Assembly: GCA_963699755.1 (NCBI GenBank)
Contig: CAVOVB010000003.1
Coordinates: 352,001-416,000, forward strand
Direction of reading: 5' to 3'
DNA from: an uncultured delta proteobacterium
GTDB taxonomy: Bacteria > Myxococcota_A > Polyangia > Polyangiales > Houyiibacteriaceae
DNA length: 64,000 bases
Of this stretch, positions 1-9,822 are shown piece after piece (positions within the stretch are counted from its first letter, which is position 1; every line of letters begins with the position of its first letter). The notes beneath the pieces are model-generated. The model did no database searches and was not told the DNA's origin. It was given only the letters and a program-made list of their open reading frames with translations. The translations under genes were made by a program, and so were the position numbers.

Positions 1-1
1 C

Positions 2-754
2 GCTCCCGTCGTGACCGCGCAGTCGCCGGTGCTCAACCGTGTCCTCAAGACCAACACGCTCCGAGTCGGGATGTCGGCCGATCAGCCGCCGTTGAACGTG
101 GAGAGCAAAAGCGGTCAGATGATCGGGCTCGAGGTCGACCTCGCGAATGGGCTCGCCTATGCGCTTGGGCTGCAGCTCGAGATTGTGCAGAAGCCGTTCG
201 GTCAGCTACTCGGTGCGCTCAACAAGGGGCAGGTCGACATGGTGATGTCGGGTGTCGATATTACGCCGGCGCGGAGCAGGGATTTCCTCTTCGTTGGTCC
301 GTACCTGCTCTCGGGCAAGTCGCTGGTGACGACCTCGAACGCGCTGGCCGGGGCTGATTCGGTCGATGACATCAACCAGGCTGACGTCACCTTCGTCGCG
401 CTGAAGAATTCCACGAGCTACGCCTTCGTGAAGAAGAACATCCCCAAGGCGAAGCTCGTTGCAGTCGACGATTATCAGAAGGCCGTTGCCATGGTCATCG
501 ACGGAAAGGCGAGTGCGATGATCGCGGACCTGCCGGCCTGCGCCTTGGCGGTCCTTCGCAATCCCGACGCCGGCCTCGTGACCTTGGCCGAGCCGCTTTC
601 GGTCGAACCCATGGGGATCGCGGTTTCCGCAAAAGACGAGCACTTTTACAACCTGATCGACAACTACATCGACGCGATCGAAGCCACGGGCATCCTCTCG
701 GCACTTCGCCAGAAGTGGTTCGAGGACCCGAGCTGGCTCGAAGAGCTTCCGTAG
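2..754 (+). CDS. Polar amino-acid ABC transporter substrate-binding protein (SBP_bac_3); N-terminus probably outside window
   Basis: Motifs LRVGMSADQPP, GLEVDLA, GVDITPARS, LRQKWF. The frame is open back to the window edge. Confidence 0.85.
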   Translation, partial: APVVTAQSPVLNRVLKTNTLRVGMSADQPPLNVESKSGQMIGLEVDLANGLAYALGLQLEIVQKPFGQLLGALNKGQVDMVMSGVDITPARSRDFLFVGPYLLSGKSLVTTSNALAGADSVDDINQADVTFVALKNSTSYAFVKKNIPKAKLVAVDDYQKAVAMVIDGKASAMIADLPACALAVLRNPDAGLVTLAEPLSVEPMGIAVSAKDEHFYNLIDNYIDAIEATGILSALRQKWFEDPSWLEELP

Positions 755-815
755 AACCAACGGAGACGATCGGAGAAGGGCGCGCGACGGGCGTGCTCGC
801 GGACGCCCCGGTAGC

Positions 816-1559
816 CTAGTCTTTGTTGCGGACGATGAAGGTGTTCATGCCTTCTTCCCGTTCGAAGGTTGTCCGGTAGTTCTGCGCCTCTTGCGGGGAC
901 TCGAATGGACCGATGCGGACGCGCCAGTGGGTGCCTCGGCCCTCGACCGTGCCGGTCGTGACGTACGCCGCGTGGCCGCGTTTGCGCAGGGCGCTGGCAA
1001 AGACCTGAGCTTCGTCGGCATCGCGGTAGCTGATGACTTGCAAGGTGTAGCGGCCTTCGTACCCAGCAGGGCTGGAGACCGTATTCCCGGGGACGGTTGC
1101 CGCGACGAGTGGGTCGCGGACGGCTGCCATTTCGACGACCTGTCGGTCTGGGCCCGCGGTGACGGCCGCTGGCAAACCGGCGGCGATGTCGGAGCGCGGC
1201 GGGGGTTTCGTCAGCGGGTCGAGGTGTGCGAGCTCGGCGGCCGCGGCGGCCATGGCTGCGGCGACCTCGGGCCTGGTCTCGGTGATCAGAGTCGTTGGGA
1301 AGCTCAGGGTCTCGGGGTCGATGGCAGGTTCGTCGATCGGCTCTTCAGCGGCCTCCGCGGTGTCGGCCCCCTCGGCGATTGCCAGCATCTGCAAAGGGTC
1401 TTCGGCTTGCGACTCGCTGCCGTCGGGGAGGGCGGCGACCGCAGCAACCACGACGCCAACCGCCACCACGAGGCCCACACCTGATAGCACCAAGACCCCT
1501 CGCCCTTCATCAGACGATCGCTCTTCGATCCGTTCCAGATCGCGCATTGCAGTGTCCAT
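816..1559 (-). CDS. SPOR-domain membrane protein (FtsN/DedD-like)
   Basis: N-terminal TM helix; C-terminal YTLQVISY...HWRVRIGPF SPOR signature. Confidence 0.85.
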   Translation of the reverse strand: MDTAMRDLERIEERSSDEGRGVLVLSGVGLVVAVGVVVAAVAALPDGSESQAEDPLQMLAIAEGADTAEAAEEPIDEPAIDPETLSFPTTLITETRPEVAAAMAAAAAELAHLDPLTKPPPRSDIAAGLPAAVTAGPDRQVVEMAAVRDPLVAATVPGNTVSSPAGYEGRYTLQVISYRDADEAQVFASALRKRGHAAYVTTGTVEGRGTHWRVRIGPFESPQEAQNYRTTFEREEGMNTFIVRNKD

Positions 1560-1724
1560 TTCCCGTTTCGCTCCGGCCCGGCTCTGAGGTTTACGAAACT
1601 TCCTTGGAAGCAGCCAAAAAACAGCAGCTCAGCAGTCCTGAGAGTACGTGCAGCGGGGTTGCCCACGTGGTAGCTTCGCGCGAGCGTCGAAGCACTGGGG
1701 AACGGCGCGTGGGAGCAGTAGTTC

Positions 1725-4334
1725 ATGGTGGAATCTCCACAGAAGCATCCGGTCGCCCTCGAAGACGAGATGAGGCGCTCGTACCTCGACTACGCGATGA
1801 GCGTGATCATCGGCCGAGCGATTCCGGACGTCCGAGACGGCCTGAAACCGGTCCACCGGCGCATTCTCTATTCGATGCACGAGCAGAAGGTGCATTGGAA
1901 CAGCTCATACAGGAAAAGCGCCCGCATCGTTGGCGACGTGCTCGGCAAGTACCACCCTCACGGGGATAGCGCCGTCTACGATGCACTGGTTCGCATGGCA
2001 CAGGATTTCTCCATGCGCTACCCGCTGGTCGATGGGCAGGGGAACTTCGGCTCCATCGATGGCGATCCAGCCGCAGCGATGCGTTACACCGAGGTCCGGA
2101 TGCACCGGCTCGCCTCGGAGCTCCTCGCCGATATCGAAAAGGAAACCGTAAACTTCGGCCCGAACTTCGACGACTCCGAAACTGAGCCGCTCGTCCTGCC
2201 GAGCCGGATTCCAAACCTGCTGATCAACGGCTCAGGCGGCATCGCGGTTGGCATGGCCACGAACATCCCGCCCCACAACCTGCGGGAAGTGCTCGACGCC
2301 ACCGTGCGCCTCATGAAGAATCCCGAGCTCACCGTCGACCAGCTCATGCAGGACGACGACGAGAACGGGCGGCTTGGGGTCAAAGGCCCGGATTTCCCGA
2401 CCGCGGGATACATCTACGGCCGGGCAGGCATTCAGCTGGGGTACCGGACCGGACGCGGACGCATCGTGATGCGGGCCAGGGCGAGGATCGAGCAGCTTCC
2501 AAGCAAGGGCGACCGCGAGATGATCGTCATCACCGAGATCCCTTACCAGGTGAACAAGGCCGAGCTTCTCAAGAAGATCGCTGACCTGGTTCGCGACAAG
2601 CGTCTGGAGGGCATCAGCGACATCCGAGACGAATCCGACCGCGACGGCTTGCGAATCGTCACGGAGCTCAAGCGCGACGCCCACGGCGAAATCGTTCTGA
2701 ATAAGCTCTACCAGATGACGGCGCTTCAGAGCACTTTTGGCTACAACTGTCTCGCGATCGTCGGACAGCGTCCCGAGGTCCTCGACCTACGGGCCGCGTT
2801 GCTGCACTTCATCGACCACCGGCGCGAGGTCGTCATCCGTCGAACTCGCTACGACCTTCGTCAGGCCCAGGCCCAGCGAGAGCTGATCGAAGGCCTCGGG
2901 ATGGCGGTTACCGACATCGATCTCGTGGTCAGCACGATTCGATCTTCGAAAGACCCCGAGGAGGCTCGCGCGCGCTTGATGAAGCTGCCACTCACTGGCC
3001 TCGAGGAGTTCGTCAAGCGTGCGGGCCGGCCCGAAGCAGAGATTCAAGCTGCGAAGGAGCGAGGCGAGTACCTGCTCTCCGAGCGACAGGCCAAGGCCAT
3101 CCTCGAAATGCGACTCTCTCGTCTCACCGGTCTCGAGCGTGAGAAGTTGGCCACCGAGTTCGGGAGCCTCTGCGACTTGATCGGCGAGCTCGAGGCGATC
3201 CTCGCCAGCAAAGAGCTGCTCGACCAGGTCATCGTGACTGAGCTCGACGAGATCCGCGAGCGCTTCGGTGATGCGCGCCGGACAGAAATCGTCGAAGCCG
3301 AAGGGGACATCTCGATCGAGGACCTCGTTCCCGACGAGGAGGTCGTCGTCACGGTTTCGCACGCTGGGTACATCAAGCGCGTCCCGCTGAGCGAATACCG
3401 GGCCCAGGGCCGCGGCGGCAAGGGGCTGCGGGCCATGGACACCCGCGAGCAAGACTTCGTCAGCTGGGTCTTCGTCGTCAACGCGCACGCAAACGTCCTG
3501 TTCCTGAGCGACAAGGGCAAGGCGTACCTCAAGAAGGTCTATCAAATTCCCGAAACCAGCCGTGCGGCGAGGGGAAGGGCGGTCGTCAATCTCGTCGGCA
3601 TGGAGCCGGATGAACGCGTGGCTGCGATTCTACCGATTCGAGAGTTCGTCGAGGATGGGTATCTTCTGACATGCACCAGGCGGGGCCGCGTGAAGCGGAC
3701 TAGCTTGGACGCCTACGAGAACATCCGGCAGACGGGGATCATCGGCGTTGCAATCGGCGAGGGTGACGGGCTGCTGGCTGCCCGTATCGTGACTCCAGGT
3801 CAGCACGTGCTCATCGGTACCTCGCATGGGATGAGCATTCGCTTCCCCATCGAAGACGTGCGGTCAATGGGCCGCGACTCGATGGGTGTGAAAGGCATCG
3901 ACCTTCGCGAGGGCGATTTCGTCATCGGCATGGACATCATCGAAGACGAGGACGAACAGCAGGTTCTGACCGTGAGCGCGAACGGCTACGGCAAGCGCAC
4001 CAAAGTTGCGGAATGGCGCACACAGAACCGCGGCGGCAAAGGCATCATCGCGATGGACACCTCAGAGCGGAATGGCGCCCTGGTGAAGCTCCGACTGGTT
4101 TCCGCGGAGGATCAGCTGATGGTCATCACCAACGGCGGGCAGGTGATTCGGACTCGAGTGAGCGAAATCCGTGAAACCGGCCGCAACACCCAGGGTGTGC
4201 GGGTGATTCGTCTCGGGGACGGGGAGCAAGTCGTCGACGTCGAGCCCGTGGCCGAGGGCGAAGAGGAGGACGAGGGCGAAGAGTTGGTCGCGGAGGGCAA
4301 CGGGCAGCAATCCCAAGAACCGCAAGAGAATTAG
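1725..4334 (+). CDS. gyrA: DNA gyrase subunit A
   Basis: [27 protein letters not shown] (catalytic Tyr), GyrA-box QGRGGKG, C-terminal pinwheel repeats and acidic tail. Confidence 0.98.
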   Translation: MVESPQKHPVALEDEMRRSYLDYAMSVIIGRAIPDVRDGLKPVHRRILYSMHEQKVHWNSSYRKSARIVGDVLGKYHPHGDSAVYDALVRMAQDFSMRYPLVDGQGNFGSIDGDPAAAMRYTEVRMHRLASELLADIEKETVNFGPNFDDSETEPLVLPSRIPNLLINGSGGIAVGMATNIPPHNLREVLDATVRLMKNPELTVDQLMQDDDENGRLGVKGPDFPTAGYIYGRAGIQLGYRTGRGRIVMRARARIEQLPSKGDREMIVITEIPYQVNKAELLKKIADLVRDKRLEGISDIRDESDRDGLRIVTELKRDAHGEIVLNKLYQMTALQSTFGYNCLAIVGQRPEVLDLRAALLHFIDHRREVVIRRTRYDLRQAQAQRELIEGLGMAVTDIDLVVSTIRSSKDPEEARARLMKLPLTGLEEFVKRAGRPEAEIQAAKERGEYLLSERQAKAILEMRLSRLTGLEREKLATEFGSLCDLIGELEAILASKELLDQVIVTELDEIRERFGDARRTEIVEAEGDISIEDLVPDEEVVVTVSHAGYIKRVPLSEYRAQGRGGKGLRAMDTREQDFVSWVFVVNAHANVLFLSDKGKAYLKKVYQIPETSRAARGRAVVNLVGMEPDERVAAILPIREFVEDGYLLTCTRRGRVKRTSLDAYENIRQTGIIGVAIGEGDGLLAARIVTPGQHVLIGTSHGMSIRFPIEDVRSMGRDSMGVKGIDLREGDFVIGMDIIEDEDEQQVLTVSANGYGKRTKVAEWRTQNRGGKGIIAMDTSERNGALVKLRLVSAEDQLMVITNGGQVIRTRVSEIRETGRNTQGVRVIRLGDGEQVVDVEPVAEGEEEDEGEELVAEGNGQQSQEPQEN

Positions 4335-4425
4335 CCCCCTCACGCCGGGAAATGTGTAATCCGCGGAGCAACACGCTATTCTGGCGGGAGCATTTTGGGG
4401 AATGTTTTGCGAGGGGTAGGAGAGT

Positions 4426-6579
4426 GTGAGTAGCGGACCCGTCATCGGGATCGACCTAGGAACGACCAACTCTGTCGTTGCGATTGCGGACCAGCCGGGA
4501 GGGCGGGTGCTGGCAGACACGGAAGGGTCGATGTTGACTCCCTCGGTCGTTTCGTTTCATCCAAGCGGCGACGTGTTGGTGGGCGCCTCTGCGAAAGAGC
4601 GGCGCCTCCTCGATGCGAAGAACACCGTGTACTCGGTCAAGCGGCTCATCGGACGTCCGTTTAACAGCTACGAGGTCAAGCACGCGCAAGAGCGGTTTGC
4701 CTTCGAGCTTTCGGAAGGTCCGAGCGGCGGGGTCTTGGTCACGGCCCGAGGTGAGACCTACACGCTCAGTGAGATTAGCGCGTTCGTGCTTCGACATGTC
4801 CGGAAGCTCGCGGAAGAAGCGCTGGGCAAAGAGTGCAGCAGAGCGGTCATCACCGTACCTGCCAACTTCAATGAGCTCCAGCGAAGCGCGACGAAAGCGG
4901 CCGGACGCGTGGCTGGTCTCGACGTGCTTCGTATCGTCAATGAGCCAACTGCCGCGGCGCTTGCATACGGCTACGACAAGACTTCGAAGGAGCGCGTCGC
5001 CGTGTACGATCTCGGCGGCGGCACCTTCGACATCACCATCCTGCAGCTCGCCGGAGATGTGTTCGAGGTCCTGGCGACTGCCGGTGACACCTTCCTCGGT
5101 GGCGATGACCTCGATACCACGATTGCTGACCACATGATCGAGCGCTTCCTCGCGGCTCATCGGTACGACGTGCGCCAGGACGTCCAAGCCTATGAGCGGC
5201 TGAGGGCGGCGGCAGAATGGGCGAAGATTCAGCTCTCGAACAAGTCGGAGGTCCAGCTTTGCATCGAGGAGCTCGCATATGGGGATGGCGGCGCGGCGCT
5301 CAACTTGGACTACGCGCTAACGCGCCAGCAGCTCGAGCACATGTGCCAGCCCCTCATAGGGCGGACCTTCGATGTCTGTGAGGATGCGATGAAGGCCGCG
5401 GGTCTACGTCCTACCCAGCTAGACAATGTGATTTTGGTCGGGGGTTCCACTCGAATTCCGCTCCTCCAGCGAATGGTCGCCGAGTACTTTGGGCGCGAAC
5501 CGCTGGTCAACATCGATCCTGACTTGGTCGTCGCGCAGGGCGCAGCGCTTCACGCACAATCCCTGTCCGTCCCCGCTCGGAAGGCTCCGTTCGCCAAGGT
5601 CTCTCTGAAGAAGGTCGCGCAGCCCGGCAGCGGGGCTCGAGGCGTGATTGAGGGCGAGCTGGAAGACGAGATCACCAACGTCGGCGCCGTTCCACGGCTT
5701 CCACCGCTTCCGCCTCCGCCGGTCGCTCGGGCGGCGCGCAAGGCAACGCTGCCAGGACAGGCTCCACCTCCTGCTCTTCAGCTCGACTCAAAGAACGACG
5801 ATACTCTGCTCGACTCGCCGACGCGCGCCCGCGAGCCGCGGTTCACCCAGCAGCCAACGCAGGTTGGTCCGCTTGATTTCCAGCGGTCGACTAACCAGGA
5901 CGCCTCCGGTTTGCTGATGCAGATCGGTGGCGAAGCCGAAGATGAGCTCGGGGACTTCGACCAGGAGCGCTCGTCGCTGCTGATGGAGCTGGGCGACGAC
6001 GCATTTGGGCGCGACTCGGTGCCAATGGACGAGGCCTCGCACACGGATGTCGAGTTCGATCTCGGTAGCCAGGCCCCCGCAACGCTGAGGGCCGCGCTCG
6101 ACGAAGAGGTTGACACGGTCACCGGTGCAGTTGCGGCTGTGGCGCCATCGGCACTTCCGCAGGGGCCGCTGCTTCTCGATGTGACCCCCCTCTCGCTGGG
6201 CGTCGAAACGGTCGATGGCTACTGCGAGCGGATCATCCGCCGCAACTCCGCGATCCCCACCGGGCAAACCAAGATGTTCACCACGGCCCGAGATCGGCAG
6301 GAAACCGTCGTCGTTCGCATCTGCCAGGGTGAGAATCGCAGGATGTCGGCGAACCAGCTCCTCGGTGAGGTCGTGCTCGATGGGCTTCGCCCAGCCGCTC
6401 GGGGCAAGGTTCAGATCGCAGTCCGTTTCATGATCGACGCCGACGGCACTCTCCAGGTCAGGGCGCAAGACGTTGGAACCGGACAGCAGCAGCAGATTGC
6501 CATCAGGCTCATCGGCGAGTTGCCCGAGGCACAAATAGAGCAGCTCCGCGAACGCCATGAGGCGAAGCTCGGAGGCTAG
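4426..6579 (+). CDS. Atypical Hsp70/DnaK-family chaperone with a large internal insert and no lid
   Basis: GIDLGTTNS, NEPTAAALAYG, DLGGGTFD, GGSTRIP; linker/SBD LLLDVTPLSLGVET. Confidence 0.93.
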   Translation: MSSGPVIGIDLGTTNSVVAIADQPGGRVLADTEGSMLTPSVVSFHPSGDVLVGASAKERRLLDAKNTVYSVKRLIGRPFNSYEVKHAQERFAFELSEGPSGGVLVTARGETYTLSEISAFVLRHVRKLAEEALGKECSRAVITVPANFNELQRSATKAAGRVAGLDVLRIVNEPTAAALAYGYDKTSKERVAVYDLGGGTFDITILQLAGDVFEVLATAGDTFLGGDDLDTTIADHMIERFLAAHRYDVRQDVQAYERLRAAAEWAKIQLSNKSEVQLCIEELAYGDGGAALNLDYALTRQQLEHMCQPLIGRTFDVCEDAMKAAGLRPTQLDNVILVGGSTRIPLLQRMVAEYFGREPLVNIDPDLVVAQGAALHAQSLSVPARKAPFAKVSLKKVAQPGSGARGVIEGELEDEITNVGAVPRLPPLPPPPVARAARKATLPGQAPPPALQLDSKNDDTLLDSPTRAREPRFTQQPTQVGPLDFQRSTNQDASGLLMQIGGEAEDELGDFDQERSSLLMELGDDAFGRDSVPMDEASHTDVEFDLGSQAPATLRAALDEEVDTVTGAVAAVAPSALPQGPLLLDVTPLSLGVETVDGYCERIIRRNSAIPTGQTKMFTTARDRQETVVVRICQGENRRMSANQLLGEVVLDGLRPAARGKVQIAVRFMIDADGTLQVRAQDVGTGQQQQIAIRLIGELPEAQIEQLRERHEAKLGG

Positions 6580-6582
6580 GCG

Positions 6583-7065
6583 ATGTCCGACGCGGCCGAT
6601 CGCTACGACTACTACCAACTTCTGGGGATCACCCCCGTCGCGAGCTCGGACCAGGTTCGCACTGCCTTTCATCAATTCGCGCGCGAGCATCATCCCGACA
6701 ATTTCGTCGGCTCCCCCGAAGAGAGCGCGCGCCATACCGAGCTCTACCAGCTTGGCAGTGAGGCTTACCGCGTTCTCCTCGATCCCCTCAAGCGCAAGCT
6801 CTACAATGAAGGTCTCGAGCGGGGCGTTCTTCGCTATTCGGAGGATCGGGCCGAAGAGAAGCGGCGGACGATCAAGCCGCCAGGCGGTGTCGTCCTCCGC
6901 TCTGGAAAGGCACGGGCGTTCTTCTCGCGCGCACATCGAGCGATCAAGTCCGAGGACTGGGCGCAAGCCAAGCTCAACCTCCGGATGGCGATCCAGAACG
7001 AGCCAGACAACGAGGATCTCAAAGCCAAGCTTGAAGAAGTTCTCGAACGGATGAGGTCTCGCTAG
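6583..7065 (+). CDS. J-domain protein with C-terminal TPR-like helices
   Basis: DYYQLLG...HHPD...EAYRVLLDP.KRKLY; starts 3 nt after the Hsp70 stop. Confidence 0.9.
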   Translation: MSDAADRYDYYQLLGITPVASSDQVRTAFHQFAREHHPDNFVGSPEESARHTELYQLGSEAYRVLLDPLKRKLYNEGLERGVLRYSEDRAEEKRRTIKPPGGVVLRSGKARAFFSRAHRAIKSEDWAQAKLNLRMAIQNEPDNEDLKAKLEEVLERMRSR

Positions 7066-7107
7066 TTTGGTAGCCTGGAGAGATTTCCGGGCTATGGTAG
7101 CGGCGTC

Positions 7108-7701
7108 ATGGGACGAACAGCGACGATAGAACGTCGAACCAAGGAGACCGACATCCGCGTGGTGCTCGATCTCGACGGCAGCGGCCAATATCAGGTGGAA
7201 ACCCCGATCGGGTTTCTCACGCACATGGTGGAGCAGCTCGCCAAGCATGGGCTGTTCGACCTCGAGGTGCGCGCCCTTGGCGACACGCACATCGACGGCC
7301 ACCACACCACCGAGGATCTGGCCATTGCGTTGGGGCAAGCCTTTGCATCTGCTCTCGGCGATAAGGCCGGCATACGCCGCTTCGGCTCGGCGACCCTGCC
7401 CATGGATGAAGCCTGCGTGACCTGCGCACTGGATCTATCGGGCCGCCCATACTTCGTTTGGGCCGTCACGCTGCCCAAGGCAAAGATCGGCGACTTCGAT
7501 GCCGAGCTTGCCGAGGTGTTCTTCGAGGGCTTCGCGCGCGGTAGCCAATGCAATCTGCACATGCGTCAACATGCCGGCGACAATCTGCACCACGTCATCG
7601 AGATCAGCTTCAAAGCCTTCGCGCGCGCCCTTCGGCAAGCGACCGAGATCGACCCTCGGGTCGTGGGCGTGCCTTCGACCAAGGGCACGTTGACCGAATG
7701 A
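7108..7701 (+). CDS. hisB: Imidazoleglycerol-phosphate dehydratase
   Basis: RRTKETDI, DGHHTTED, PMDEA, NLHHVIE, PSTKG. Confidence 0.97.
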   Translation: MGRTATIERRTKETDIRVVLDLDGSGQYQVETPIGFLTHMVEQLAKHGLFDLEVRALGDTHIDGHHTTEDLAIALGQAFASALGDKAGIRRFGSATLPMDEACVTCALDLSGRPYFVWAVTLPKAKIGDFDAELAEVFFEGFARGSQCNLHMRQHAGDNLHHVIEISFKAFARALRQATEIDPRVVGVPSTKGTLTE

Positions 7702-8327
7702 AGACCGGCCGGGTAGCGATTGTCGATCTCGGCCTCGGCAACTTGCACAGCGTGGCCAAAGCGTTCGAGCGTGCCGGAGCGAATGCGGAGCTGAGCTCCG
7801 ATCCGGAAGTCTTGCTGCGAGCCGACCGCTTGGTGATGCCGGGGCAGGGCGCCTTCAAAGAGTGTGCGCATGCGCTCGCCGGGGAGATCGGCGACGCGGT
7901 GCGCGCATGGATCGACAGTGGTCGCCCCTACCTCGGCATCTGTCTCGGGATGCAAGCATTGTTCGAAGGCAGTGAAGAGGCGCCCGGGGAAAAAGGTCTC
8001 GGTATTTTCCCTGGGTATGTGAAGCGTTTCGCGACAGACTTGCGAGACGCGCAGGGCCGAAGGCTCAAGGTCCCGCACATCGGATGGAATCAAATCGAAA
8101 GCCGGCATCCGGTTTTCGAGAACGAGGAGTGGTACTACTTCGTTCACAGTTACTTCTGCGTCCCCGCCGACGAGAGCCTCGTGGTCGCCACGACTGACTA
8201 CGGCGGGCCGTTCTGCTCGGCGATCGCACGGGAGAACGTCCTGGCGTGCCAGTTCCATCCCGAGAAGAGCCAGCACGCCGGTGCTCGTTTGATCGGGCAC
8301 TTCCTCGGAGATGTGTCGTGGAGTTGA
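7698..8327 (+). CDS. hisH: Imidazole glycerol phosphate synthase glutaminase subunit
   Basis: GNLHSV, PGQGAF, GICLGMQ, YFVHSY, QFHPEKS; ATGA overlap with hisB. Confidence 0.96.
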   Translation: MKTGRVAIVDLGLGNLHSVAKAFERAGANAELSSDPEVLLRADRLVMPGQGAFKECAHALAGEIGDAVRAWIDSGRPYLGICLGMQALFEGSEEAPGEKGLGIFPGYVKRFATDLRDAQGRRLKVPHIGWNQIESRHPVFENEEWYYFVHSYFCVPADESLVVATTDYGGPFCSAIARENVLACQFHPEKSQHAGARLIGHFLGDVSWS

Positions 8328-9037
8328 TTCCGGCGATCGATTTGCTCGATGGCAAGGTCGTACGCCTCCACCAGGGCAAGTACGACCAGGTCACCATCTA
8401 CGACGACGACCCGCTGGCGATGGCGAAGCGTTTCGAGGACCAGGGGGCCGAGCGGCTACATGTCGTCGACCTAGAGGGCGCGCGCCGAGGACAGCCAGCC
8501 CATGTTCCCATCATCCAAAGCATCCTTCGCGAGACCAAGCTCCAGGTTCAGATTGGTGGGGGGGTTCGCAACCAAGACATCGCCGCGCAATGGATGGATG
8601 CCGGCGCCGCTCGTGTCGTGCTCGGCACCATAGTCGTCAAGGAGCCGGATGTCGCCCATGCGATTTGCGACTGCTATCCAAGAGCCGTGGTGATGGCGCT
8701 GGACGCGCGTGATGGAAAGATTGCGGTGGAGGGCTGGCAGGAGCAAAGTGAACAGAACGTCACCGAGCTCGCCAAGGAAGTCGACGGCTGGAACATCGGC
8801 GCCATCCTATTCACCAACATCCGCAAGGACGGCACGCGCGAGGGGCCGGACGTCCAAGGGACTGCGGGCTTGCAGTCACACGTCGGCACGACCGTCATCG
8901 CCTCGGGAGGAATTGGCTCGCTCGCCGATCTTCGGGCGCTCGCGGCTGCTGGCGTTCGTTCGTCGGTTTGCGGGCGGGCGCTCTACTCGGGCGCCTTCAC
9001 CCTGTCGCAAGCCTTTGCGGCGCTGAAAGAGACCTGA
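8318..9037 (+). CDS. hisA: ProFAR isomerase
   Basis: [36 protein letters not shown] start inferred at 8318. Confidence 0.95.
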   Translation: MELIPAIDLLDGKVVRLHQGKYDQVTIYDDDPLAMAKRFEDQGAERLHVVDLEGARRGQPAHVPIIQSILRETKLQVQIGGGVRNQDIAAQWMDAGAARVVLGTIVVKEPDVAHAICDCYPRAVVMALDARDGKIAVEGWQEQSEQNVTELAKEVDGWNIGAILFTNIRKDGTREGPDVQGTAGLQSHVGTTVIASGGIGSLADLRALAAAGVRSSVCGRALYSGAFTLSQAFAALKET

Positions 9038-9813
9038 TGCTGGCCAAGCGAATCATCCCCTGTCTCGACGTCAAAGAAGGGCGCGTCGTGAAGGGCATCA
9101 ACTTCGTGGGGCTCCGGGACGCGGGCGATCCGGTCGAGTCTGCGCAGCGGTACAGCGCCGGGGGGGCCGATGAGATCACCTTCCTCGACATCACGGCATC
9201 TCATGAAAACCGCCGAACGCTCTTCGAACTGGTCGACCGAACGGCCTCCACCGTGGCGGTCCCCCTGACCGTTGGGGGGGGTGTGCGAGAGCGGCGAGAC
9301 GTCAGCGAGCTCTTGCACGCGGGGGCCGACAAGGTTTCGATCAACAGCGCGGCGGTCGCCAACCCTAGCTTCATCAAAGAGATGGCCGAGGCATACGGAT
9401 CCCAGGCGATTGTCGTGGCCATCGATGCGAAGCGGGTTGCGGGCGAGGCCGAGCGCTGGACGGTTTACACGCATGGCGGAAGACGGGACACGGGGCTCGA
9501 TGCGATCGCCTGGGCCAGGCAGATGGCCGACTACGGCGCAGGGGAAATTCTCCTGACGAGCATGGATCGGGACGGAACTCAAGACGGCTACGATTTGGTG
9601 TTAACTCGCGCAGTTGTGGACGCAATCTCGATTCCAGTTGTAGCTTCGGGGGGTGTGGGAACCCTGGCGCACGTGCAAGAAGGACTCACAGCTGGAGGCG
9701 CAGATGCGGCGCTTGCTGCTTCTATCTTTCACGACGGCCGTTACACTGTGGCCGAGGTCAAGGAATACTTGCTCGAACATGGGGTTTGTGTGCGCCCGCC
9801 TGAGCGGGATTGA
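9037..9813 (+). CDS. hisF: Imidazole glycerol phosphate synthase cyclase subunit
   Basis: [39 protein letters not shown]. Confidence 0.97.
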   Translation: MLAKRIIPCLDVKEGRVVKGINFVGLRDAGDPVESAQRYSAGGADEITFLDITASHENRRTLFELVDRTASTVAVPLTVGGGVRERRDVSELLHAGADKVSINSAAVANPSFIKEMAEAYGSQAIVVAIDAKRVAGEAERWTVYTHGGRRDTGLDAIAWARQMADYGAGEILLTSMDRDGTQDGYDLVLTRAVVDAISIPVVASGGVGTLAHVQEGLTAGGADAALAASIFHDGRYTVAEVKEYLLEHGVCVRPPERD

Positions 9814-9822
9814 GGGGAAGCG

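Noticed and set aside
1950..1985. GyrA quinolone-resistance region
   Set aside because: HGDSAVYD keeps the wild-type Ser and Asp.
5788..7338. 516-aa antisense ORF and similar long shadow ORFs (e.g. 27532-28836, 55420-56733, 18745-19962)
   Set aside because: They lie antisense to well-supported genes, are expected in high-GC DNA, and show no recognisable motifs.
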